A DNA stretch of 64,000 nt from Candidatus Bathyarchaeota archaeon. Its GTDB lineage: Archaea > Thermoproteota > Bathyarchaeia > Bathyarchaeales > Bathycorpusculaceae. Shown here in pieces: positions 50,246-58,214 of this stretch (positions within the stretch are counted from its first letter, which is position 1; each line of letters opens with the position of its first letter). Under the pieces are notes generated by a model. That model made no database searches. It had not been told where the DNA came from and was given only the letters and a program-made list of their open reading frames with translations. The stretch covers positions 31,260-95,259 of the forward strand of contig CAVYHV010000023.1 of NCBI GenBank assembly GCA_963768425.1, written 5' to 3'. The position numbers were made by a program, and so were the translations under genes.

Positions 50246-51088
50246 TTGAAACTGACGCCCTCTGTTTTCGAGTCAGACTTTTCCGAAACACAACAAAGAA
50301 TCTGCCGCTTCATCAAAGAATATGTTAAAAATGCAGGAGCCAAAGGAATAGTGCTGGGCTTATCGGGGGGGATTGATAGCGCCACCATAGCTGCCCTTTC
50401 AAGCCTTGCAATTGGCGGCAAGAACGTCTTAGCCCTCATGCTTCCAGAGGACGAAAACTTCAGCCAAAAGGACATTGATGATGCAAAGACAGTTGCGAAC
50501 CTGTTTCAACTGGAGACCGATATCTGCGACATGACTGAGGTCATGGAATGCTTCTATGAGCAGATTCCGGTTTTCGACCGCAAAGACAGGTTATGCAAGG
50601 GAAACGTCAAGGCAAGAACCCGAATGATTTATCTATACTACTACGCGAACAAATTCAACAGGATCGTCTGCGGCAGCTCAGATAAATCTGAAACTATGAT
50701 GGGGTACTTTACAAAGTGGGGAGACGCCGCCGCCGACATAACGCCGATTTTGGATTTGTACAAGACTCAGGTGCGCAAACTTGCCCTTCATTTAAGAATC
50801 CCGGAAGAGCTTGTGCTAAAACCGTCTACACCAGCACTTTGGCCTGCGCAGATGGCGGAGACGGAACTCGGAATCAAATATGAGACCTTGGATCTCATCC
50901 TCTACGGCTTAGAAAGATTCATGACCCCAGAAGAGATTGCCAGCCAACTCAAAATCGAAAAATCAACGGTTGAAAACGTCAAACGCAGATGGATAGGTAA
51001 TGAGCATAAGAGGAGAATGCCTATTGCGCCTAAACTCGGCTATAGAACGGTAGGAATAGATTTTAGGCTTCCAAGACACACGTACTAA
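50246..51088 (+). CDS. nadE: NAD+ synthetase (single-domain, NH3-type)
   Basis: LGLSGGIDS, N.KAR.RM, E...GYFTKWGD, DLYKTQV, HKR. Confidence 0.94.
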   Translation: MKLTPSVFESDFSETQQRICRFIKEYVKNAGAKGIVLGLSGGIDSATIAALSSLAIGGKNVLALMLPEDENFSQKDIDDAKTVANLFQLETDICDMTEVMECFYEQIPVFDRKDRLCKGNVKARTRMIYLYYYANKFNRIVCGSSDKSETMMGYFTKWGDAAADITPILDLYKTQVRKLALHLRIPEELVLKPSTPALWPAQMAETELGIKYETLDLILYGLERFMTPEEIASQLKIEKSTVENVKRRWIGNEHKRRMPIAPKLGYRTVGIDFRLPRHTY

Positions 51089-51101
51089 AAGGGAAAAGGA
51101 A

Positions 51102-51935
51102 ATGAAAGATAAAATTAAAATCGCCCTTGCCCAGATAAGCAGCAAACGAGAGGACAAAGAAGCCAACTTCCAGAAAATTGAGAAATTGACAATCAAAGCC
51201 AAAGAGCAAGGAGCAGACTTAGCTATTTTCCCAGAAATGTCATTGACAGGTTACGTCGTTCATGACCAGCTCTACGAGTTGGCAGAAACTGTACCCGGAC
51301 CAACCGTTGAGAAGGCGAAAGCGTTGGCCAAGAAGGCAGGGACGCATATCATTTTTGGAATGCCTGAGTTAAGCGAGAAAACCCAAGCAACAGTTTTCAA
51401 TACCGCCGTCTTCGTGGGTCCGCAAGGCCTGATCGGCAAATACCGCAAGATGTACCTTCCAACCCACAGCGTTTTTGAAGAAAAAAGATATTTCCGCCCA
51501 GGTTACCAAACAGCAGCCTTCCAAACCGACCTCGGCAACGTCGGGTTATGCATCTGTTATGACATTTTCTTCCCAGAAGTCCTCAGACTAATCCGCCTGA
51601 AGGGTGCGCAACTCATTGTATGTATTTCTGCTTCTCCCGCGGTGCGCAGAAGCTACTTCGAAACGTTAACCTGCGCCAGAGCAATTGAAAATACAGCTTA
51701 TGTGGCTTATGTGAACCTTGCGGGTGTCCAGGATGGCTTGCAATTCTGGGGAGGAAGCAGGCTTGTGAGCCCAAACGGTGACATTTTAGCCAAGGCAAAG
51801 TATGACGAAGAGGACTTCTTAATATGCGAAGTGGATTTCAGCGACTTGAGAACCGCTGAAACCTTTATTCCGACACTAAGGGACCTAAGACCTGAACTTT
51901 TCGACAAGCTAAAAGAATACGCGGAACTTCTATAG
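51102..51935 (+). CDS. Carbon-nitrogen hydrolase (nitrilase superfamily)
   Basis: Catalytic E-K-C triad: FPEM, YRKMYL, ICYD..FPE. Confidence 0.92.
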   Translation: MKDKIKIALAQISSKREDKEANFQKIEKLTIKAKEQGADLAIFPEMSLTGYVVHDQLYELAETVPGPTVEKAKALAKKAGTHIIFGMPELSEKTQATVFNTAVFVGPQGLIGKYRKMYLPTHSVFEEKRYFRPGYQTAAFQTDLGNVGLCICYDIFFPEVLRLIRLKGAQLIVCISASPAVRRSYFETLTCARAIENTAYVAYVNLAGVQDGLQFWGGSRLVSPNGDILAKAKYDEEDFLICEVDFSDLRTAETFIPTLRDLRPELFDKLKEYAELL

Positions 51936-51957
51936 AGCGGTTTATAGAGTTTTTAGA

Positions 51958-52050
51958 ATCACACACAGATCACAAGTCCATTATATCACGTGACATTACA
52001 CCTTCAGAAGGGAAATCACAGTGATGCAACGTGATCGTTGACGTCACGTC
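51958..52050. repeat. Cluster 1 of RTCAC/GTGAY motifs
   Basis: ATCAC x2, ATCACGTGAC (51985), ATCACAGTGAT (52015), GTGAT (52031), TGACGTCAC (52039) within about 90 bp. Confidence 0.75.
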
Positions 52051-52360
52051 GACCGCAGGATAATTTAGTTTTGGAAAAGCCTACGTGAAAAGGAACCAAA
52101 AAAGTGTGTTTTGGTAACTTGACCGTTCAAAAAGGCCATGTCTATGAGTGTACAAGGCAAAACCCGTAATCAAAAAATACAATTTTGAGTTTAAAGTTCC
52201 ATAGAAAGAATTTTCCAGAATACGTTAGTTTTGCCGTTTTTCAGTTAATATTCCGTCTTTGACGCCTAATCTGCAAAAGAACCCATGCTATTGTTCATTT
52301 TATTGTTACCGCCCGTATTCGAGGCCTTCAGAGCAGCAAATATGGCGCTCTTTATTCAAT

Positions 52361-52372
52361 AAACCTTAAAAA
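52361..52372 (+). promoter_or_regulatory. BRE/TATA-like element AAACCTTAAAAA
   Basis: About 55 bp upstream of ORF 52427; the identical 12-mer lies at 53109-53120, upstream of the next gene. Confidence 0.55.
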
Positions 52373-52426
52373 CTTGAGCCAGTATACAAAACCGTATTCA
52401 TAAGGGAATACGAGGGAGCATGAAGA

Positions 52427-52906
52427 TTGAAGCTAAAAGACGGCGTTCAAGCCTGGCTAAGCGGAGCTCTAAACGACCCTATTGTTCAAATCCTTTCTAA
52501 AAACAGTCAACTAACCAAAACACAGCTCGAAACACTACTAATAGACGTATTAGCCGAGAATTTGTCAGGCAAACAACTGAAGTACGATGAAAAAGCCAAC
52601 TTGAGGCTAACCAAGGCAAAAATAAGTCGAGGATCCTTTAACAGGACACTAAAACAGTCTAAAGAAAACGTAATTAAATCGATCTACACCGTGCTACTTT
52701 TAGGTTATTTAGGAGTGTTTGAGAGCACAACTCTTGACCCGTACCTCGAAATCGCCAATAAACTGCACGAATATATGGAGGCACACCAAGACATGCCTAT
52801 CAAGGGAGAAGAACTAAAAGACCATCTAAAAGTCATAGAAATCATACGCCAAGAGCTAGAAACGAGCTTAAAACGGCTTTCTAGTCCATCGGCAGATGTT
52901 GTGTGA
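52427..52906 (+). CDS. Conserved-looking hypothetical protein with probable HTH
   Basis: LTKTQLETL...ISRGSFNRTLKQ resembles HTH_10/sigma-4-like helix-turn-helix; GAGGGAG SD. Confidence 0.75.
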   Translation: MKLKDGVQAWLSGALNDPIVQILSKNSQLTKTQLETLLIDVLAENLSGKQLKYDEKANLRLTKAKISRGSFNRTLKQSKENVIKSIYTVLLLGYLGVFESTTLDPYLEIANKLHEYMEAHQDMPIKGEELKDHLKVIEIIRQELETSLKRLSSPSADVV

Positions 52907-53202
52907 CGTCACAAATCACGCTTATATGAAGGCGATTTTTCAAAAAGGGGCAGGAATAAAAAAGCCAAATTTATAAGGCATAAACAAGTCTAAAAGAAGA
53001 AAACAAACCCAAAGCATAAAGATTTTGCTATGGTGTTAGCAAAGGTCATAATATGAAGCAGTAATTGTGATATGTGACGTCATGCTTAGGGCAATTTGAC
53101 ATCACCAAAAACCTTAAAAAGTCCATGGAACACTGTGATGTGTGATGCAACTGACTAAGTCACGCCTACGTCACGGGGATGGCAAATCACGATTGACCTC
53201 AC
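52902..53202. repeat. Cluster 2 of RTCAC/GTGAY motifs, including TGACGTCA palindromes
   Basis: TGTGACGTCACA (52902), ATCAC (52915), TGTGAT (53066), TGTGACGTCAT (53073), TGACATCAC (53097), TGTGATG x2 (53134), TGACTAAGTCAC (53152), ACGTCACG (53168), ATCAC (53186), TGACCTCAC (53194). Confidence 0.8.
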
Positions 53203-53926
53203 ACTTGTAATCCTGGCAGTTTTGGCTGCAATTACAGTTGCCACTTCGGCTGAGTATTACAGTCAGTTGCGTAAAGCTCAAAGGGAATATGAGAAAGCAA
53301 AGAACACTGTTGAAGACATTGTCCTGAGTTTTCATCGAGAGCTTAAGCGGGAAGCCGAAAAACTCGATCTGGTTGCATTCAAGATCGAGGGAAACTTTGC
53401 CAGAGCTGACGAAGCAGTTAAGAAAGCAGATTCCTTAGAAAAGAAGTTTTCGCCTATTGAAAGTCAAGTTAACACTGTATCACAAACGCTCAGACAAACC
53501 AGTACAAGCATTCTGTCGGGTTTAACAGGGTTGGAAACAAAGATCCAAGATATCGAAGCGGCTCAAGAGGCAATAAGAAATAAGTTCAGCGGGCTTGAGG
53601 AACAAATCCAAAAGATGACTACAGCTCCAGAAATTCAAATTGAACCTTTCATGCCGGTGATGCCAATCAAACGAGACAAAGCGATGGCTGCATTGACAGA
53701 AACGGAGATAGTGGTGCTTGAAAGGTTGTCTTCGGAGGGTCCCAAAACGGCTCCTGAAATAAAGGAACAGGTGCACCTAAGCCGAGAGCACACGGCGAGA
53801 CTTATGAAGAAACTCTATGAAGGGGGCTACGTGGAGAGAGAAGCTGGAAAAATACCTTTTAAATATACAATCAAAGCAGAAATGGAAAAGTTGCTTAAAA
53901 AAACTGAAAACGCCCCCACAGCTTAA
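53192..53926 (+). CDS. Probable membrane-anchored coiled-coil protein with C-terminal winged-helix domain
   Basis: The frame is open upstream of track start 53222, giving the hydrophobic IDLTLVILAVLAAITVATS. Long heptad-rich region follows; C-terminal LTETE..VL..L...GPKTAPEI.....LSREH.AR.MKKLYE.GYV.R wHTH. Start codon uncertain. Confidence 0.8.
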   Translation: MDLTLVILAVLAAITVATSAEYYSQLRKAQREYEKAKNTVEDIVLSFHRELKREAEKLDLVAFKIEGNFARADEAVKKADSLEKKFSPIESQVNTVSQTLRQTSTSILSGLTGLETKIQDIEAAQEAIRNKFSGLEEQIQKMTTAPEIQIEPFMPVMPIKRDKAMAALTETEIVVLERLSSEGPKTAPEIKEQVHLSREHTARLMKKLYEGGYVEREAGKIPFKYTIKAEMEKLLKKTENAPTA

Positions 53927-53947
53927 TTGTTTGATTAAGCTACCGGT

Positions 53948-54385
53948 TTACTTTATGATTTGTCTTATGCTTGCTTGCGGAATGTTAGGAGCGGTTCTGT
54001 ACTTGAGGTTGTTAGATCCGCCAGTTCTCAATAGCAGTCCCTTACTGGCCATTCTTGAAAGGTAAGTTGACACAGTGCTTAGGCCTATCGGCTCCTTGAG
54101 ATCCTGCTCGTATACGGATTGGATATCCTTCGAGGAGAACCAAATCATAGGAAAACTCTTCTGGATTACAACTTGGACTTTCTCAAAACGAGAAACTAAA
54201 CTGCTTGTCAAAGCTGAATTTGGACTCGAGTTTGGGTTCTCGCTTGGTGCACCGCCTAACAACTCTACTAAGTCTAGTAGCCGTAGAGCTTTGTCCCGGG
54301 TAACTTGACCCTCAAAAGCGATGGTATATCGGTTGCCATCGTTATCGAACAGCTCCACACGCATTTTCCGAGCGGGCATCAGCAC
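53948..54385 (-). CDS. Two-domain protein with C-terminal winged helix
   Basis: Small N-terminal beta/alpha domain, linker, then FSSKDI...YE......I.LSTVSTYLSRM...GLL.R.G wHTH. Confidence 0.82.
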   Translation of the reverse strand: MLMPARKMRVELFDNDGNRYTIAFEGQVTRDKALRLLDLVELLGGAPSENPNSSPNSALTSSLVSRFEKVQVVIQKSFPMIWFSSKDIQSVYEQDLKEPIGLSTVSTYLSRMASKGLLLRTGGSNNLKYRTAPNIPQASIRQIIK

Positions 54386-54397
54386 GCACCTTAAGGG

Positions 54398-54761
54398 TTC
54401 ACACCTCTACACTTCACACCTTATAGCTGTTATGGTGAAATCGGCCAAAAGAAAAAGGCAGTGGTGAGCTTCTTCTCTGGAAAAGAGCTACGTTTTCATT
54501 CTATTCGGCATAACTAACTTCACACGAATTTGGAAAGACTGAACACTTGTTGCTATTGCTTGGTTCCGCTTTTCCAGCGGAAGCATAGGGGTGCCTTATT
54601 CACTGTAAAAAGACAGAAACAAGGTAATTTTGGTGAAAACAGAGTCAATTAAGCAACAAGTACAATGCTATTTCACATGTATTCACAGTTTTGTGAACGG
54701 TGAACAGGTTTGTGAAATGAAGAAGACTCTTCAAAAGACCCGTAAAACGAAATTTCGTGAA
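54398..54761. repeat. Cluster of TTCAC/GTGAA motifs between the wHTH gene and oriC
   Basis: TTCACACC x2 (54398, 54413), GGTGAA (54434, 54632, 54699), TTCAC (54519, 54599), TTCACA x2 (54672, 54682), TGTGAA x2 (54692, 54711), CGTGAA (54756). Confidence 0.72.
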
Positions 54762-55150
54762 GGCACGTCCTCAAACATCATTTTTCTCATATCTTCGTAA
54801 GATTTCTCCATGGAAAGTAGCTTACACAGGCACCCCTACGTTTCCTCTCGAAGCTTGCAGGCAGAAAAGAATATCAGAAATCTTGTTAAAAACTTTGCAG
54901 ATTTTTTATCTAAAAATCTGAATAGACATTTTTATTATAGTAATTTGCTACTAATCACTCAGAGTATATATAATAACTAATATAATTAATTGATTTTCTT
55001 AATAGCACTATTTTTTTCCAGTAGAAACTTTGGGGTGTGTGTTCACGTTGATTCGGTTACTTGGCATGATAACTATTCATTGATTTTTAGGATTGTTGTG
55101 TTTCACAATTATTTTTTTGTACTGCATCCTTTATCTGTTCCACTCGAAAT
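54572..55150. other. Archaeal replication origin (oriC): ORB elements and AT-rich unwinding element
   Basis: ORBs TTCCAGCGGAAGCATAGGGGT (54572, +), TTCGAGAGGAAACGTAGGGGT (54832-54852, -), TTCCAGTAGAAACTTTGGGGT (55016, +); mini-ORB TTCCACTCGAAAT (55138). A very AT-rich stretch (~54860-55015) lies between the inverted pair. Immediately upstream of cdc6. Confidence 0.9.
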
Positions 55151-55185
55151 ATCGGTTGAACCTCTAAAATAAGGGGCGTGGGAGA

Positions 55186-55731
55186 ATGGCGAGTTCAAAT
55201 GTGTTAGATGAAGTGTTTGAAAACTTCGTTAATGGTGTTAAACTTTTCAAAGACCGCGAGGTCCTTAGGCACGATTATATTCCAGACAAACTGCCCCACA
55301 GAGAAGAACAAATAAAACTTCTGGGTCAAACGGTCGCTCCGGTTCTGAAGGATGCACGATGCTCAAACATTTTCATCTATGGAAAAACAGGAACTGGCAA
55401 AACGGCAGTCGCAAAATATGTTTTGAGCCACCTTGAATTCAAAGCAAAAGAATACGGCGCCAAAGTAAAATTCTGTTACATTAACTGCCGAATGACGGGG
55501 TCCGAGTACCGAGTTTTCGCTAGTCTAAGTCAAAGCGTCGGTCTGACCGTTCCTTTTACAGGATTGTCAGTTGGAGAAGTCTTTGACAGGTTCCGAGCTG
55601 GCCTTGATTCTTCCCGAATTATTTTCATCATTGTACTAGACGAAATCGATGCGCTGATAAAAGACCGTGGAGATGCTTTCATGTACGAGTTAACACGGAA
55701 GGCGCGGCTTCTCCTTATTACGCGGGCTTGA
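55186..55731 (+). CDS. cdc6: Orc1/Cdc6 replication initiator, truncated after ...YELTR (~55698) by the junction
   Basis: F..REVL..DYIP..LPHRE.Q, Walker A GKTGTGKT, YINC, Walker B IVLDEID; sensor motifs and wHTH are missing. Confidence 0.92.
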   Translation: MASSNVLDEVFENFVNGVKLFKDREVLRHDYIPDKLPHREEQIKLLGQTVAPVLKDARCSNIFIYGKTGTGKTAVAKYVLSHLEFKAKEYGAKVKFCYINCRMTGSEYRVFASLSQSVGLTVPFTGLSVGEVFDRFRAGLDSSRIIFIIVLDEIDALIKDRGDAFMYELTRKARLLLITRA

Positions 55732-58214
55732 ACCTTGTGCTTCTGGTTCTGGCCTTCGTATTGCATTGGACGTTCTGGGAAAGTTTTACCGCAGCTTCGT
55801 TGGTCATTATTCTTTACGTTACAGCTTCTCTGGCCCATGGCCGCATTCCCGCAACCACCGCTGGCGTTGGCGTATTCGCCAACAACCTTTATTTCTTGGC
55901 GCTGACCGGGATCATCGTTGTCACCGGCAGTTATTTCCCCAGCTTATCACGGTTCCGCGAATTTGCCTTGCGCTACGAACTGGACAAAAACCGCGCGGCG
56001 CTCGAAGAAAGCAACCGCAAGCTCCTCGAACTCGACCAGATCAAAAGCCGCTTCTTCGCCAACATCAGCCACGAGTTGCGCACGCCGCTCACGTTGCTGC
56101 TCGCGCCGCTGGAATCGCTGATCCAGCGCTTCAACCGCGCGTTCGACGAGGACACGCGCAACCTGCTCGGCACCATGCATGCCAACGGCATGAGGCTGCT
56201 CAAGCTCATCAACGATTTGCTCGACCTCGTCCGCCTCGAATCCGGCCGCATGGAAGTCAAACACGAGCCGCTCGAAGTCGCGGAATTCGTCAAGGGCCTC
56301 GCCAGCGCGGCGCGGCAGGTGGCCGACGACAAGCGCATCAAGCTCGAAACGTTTGTGGACCCGGCGCTGGGCGCGGTGCTGGCCGACCGCGACAAGCTGG
56401 AAAAAATCGTGCTGAACCTCATGTTCAACGCGCTCAAGTTCACACCCGCCGGCGGGCGCGTGTCGTTGCGCGCCGAAAAACAGGGTGAAGAATTCGTTTT
56501 GATCGTGAGCGACACCGGCATGGGCATCGCCGAGAAAAACCTGCCGTTTATATTCGACCGCTTCTGGCAGGCCGACGGTTCGTCCAAGCGCAAATATCAG
56601 GGCGTCGGCATCGGCCTGGCGCTCGTGAAGGAACTGGTCGAAATCCAAAACGGCAAAGTCAGCGTGGAAAGCCAGGAAGGCAAGGGCACGACGTTCACGG
56701 TGCGGTTGCCTTATGAAAAGGCCGAGGTGGTGGAGAAAGAGCCGAAGCCCGAAACCGGCGAAAAAGTTCCCGGCGAGGCGGAAGCCGGCGGGACCGTGAC
56801 TTCGGAGGAATGGCTGGCGAATTTGTATCGGCGCGCGGAGCTGTTCCCGGCATTGACCCCGCTGCAGCAGGCCGTCAAGCCGGTCGAGTTCACGGGCAAC
56901 GGCAGGCGCGCCACGCTGCTGGTGGCCGACGACGAGCCGGACATGCTGCGTTTTTTGAAATCGCAGCTGGCCGCGCAATACGAGGTGATCGAGGCGGTGG
57001 ACGGACAACAGGCGGTGGAGAAGGCGAGCCAGTTTTTGCCGGACATCATTCTGCTGGACATGATGATGCCGGAGAAGGACGGCCTGCAGGCCTGCCGCGA
57101 AATCCGCGCGCACACGCCCACGCAAAACATTCCGGTCATCCTGCTCACCGCGCGCGCCGACGAGGAAACCAAATTGACCGCGCTGGGAGTCGGCGCGAGC
57201 GATTTTCTGGCGAAACCGTTTTCGACGACGGAATTGCACGTGCGCATCAAAAATCTGGTCGAGTCGCACGGTTACCAGCGCAAGCTGTCCAGGCAAAACC
57301 AGGCGCTCGAATCCACCATCGAACAGCTCAAGGACACCGAGTCGCAATTGGTGCAGACCGAGAAGCTCGCGTCGCTGGGGCGCATGAGCGCGGGCATCAT
57401 CCACGAAATCAACAATCCGCTGAATTTCGCCACGACCGGCCTGTTCGCCCTGCGCCACAAGAGCAAATTGCTCGCGCCGGAACAGCGCGGCGAATACGAG
57501 GAAATTCTCAGGGACGTCGAAGAAGGCATCAAGCGCGTGCGCAACATCGTGTCCGACCTCCGCACGTTCACGCATCCCGACACCGAACAGCGCGACCAGG
57601 TCGAGGTGGCCGAAGTGGTCGGCGCGTCGCTGCGGTTTTTGAGCGGCGAATGGCGCGACAAGGTGCGGATTGAACAGAAGCTGGCCGAACACCAGACGCT
57701 TTGGGCCAATCGCAACAAAATGGTTCACATCCTGGTGAATCTGTTGCAAAATTCACTGGACGCGTTGCGGCACAAAGAATTTGCCGGCGAGCAGCCGACC
57801 ATCTGGATCGAAGGCCGCGTGGAAAACGAGCGGAGCTTCATCGTGATTCGGGACAATGGCACGGGCATTGACGCGGAGCACTTGGACAAGATTTTTGATC
57901 CGTTTTTCACGACGAAGGAAGTGGGCGAAGGCATGGGATTGGGCTTGAGCATTTGCTATCGCATTGTCCGGGAATACGACGGGCGTATTTCCGTCAGGAC
58001 CGAACGCGGCAAGTATTGCGAGTTCACGCTCGAATTTCCCGCTGAAGCGCCAACCCGCCGTTTCATCGGAGCAACATCATGGAGAATTTGTACAACTATA
58101 AAAGATTTGCGATCCTTTACGTGGACGACGAGGAAAAGTCGCTGGCCAATTTTTCCCGCGCGTTCGGGGATCAATTTCACATCTTCACGGCGTCCAACGC
58201 CCAGGATGGCCTGA
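55695..58214 (+). CDS. Bacterial membrane hybrid histidine kinase (TM-HisKA-HATPase-REC-HisKA-HATPase), 5'-truncated
   Basis: Frame open from TEGAASPYYAGLNLV; FFANISHELRTPL, NALKFT, DTGMGI, LLDMMMP, IHEINNPL, DPFFTTK.VG.G.GLGL. True 3' end probably near 58045 (indel). Confidence 0.88.
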   Translation, partial: TEGAASPYYAGLNLVLLVLAFVLHWTFWESFTAASLVIILYVTASLAHGRIPATTAGVGVFANNLYFLALTGIIVVTGSYFPSLSRFREFALRYELDKNRAALEESNRKLLELDQIKSRFFANISHELRTPLTLLLAPLESLIQRFNRAFDEDTRNLLGTMHANGMRLLKLINDLLDLVRLESGRMEVKHEPLEVAEFVKGLASAARQVADDKRIKLETFVDPALGAVLADRDKLEKIVLNLMFNALKFTPAGGRVSLRAEKQGEEFVLIVSDTGMGIAEKNLPFIFDRFWQADGSSKRKYQGVGIGLALVKELVEIQNGKVSVESQEGKGTTFTVRLPYEKAEVVEKEPKPETGEKVPGEAEAGGTVTSEEWLANLYRRAELFPALTPLQQAVKPVEFTGNGRRATLLVADDEPDMLRFLKSQLAAQYEVIEAVDGQQAVEKASQFLPDIILLDMMMPEKDGLQACREIRAHTPTQNIPVILLTARADEETKLTALGVGASDFLAKPFSTTELHVRIKNLVESHGYQRKLSRQNQALESTIEQLKDTESQLVQTEKLASLGRMSAGIIHEINNPLNFATTGLFALRHKSKLLAPEQRGEYEEILRDVEEGIKRVRNIVSDLRTFTHPDTEQRDQVEVAEVVGASLRFLSGEWRDKVRIEQKLAEHQTLWANRNKMVHILVNLLQNSLDALRHKEFAGEQPTIWIEGRVENERSFIVIRDNGTGIDAEHLDKIFDPFFTTKEVGEGMGLGLSICYRIVREYDGRISVRTERGKYCEFTLEFPAEAPTRRFIGATSWRICTTIKDLRSFTWTTRKSRWPIFPARSGINFTSSRRPTPRMA

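Noticed and set aside
1-55697. Genome-wide TAG reassignment suggested by the dph2 amber codon
   Set aside because: TAG terminates conserved genes at their expected ends (rpoL, csl4, dph2); only one in-frame case was seen.
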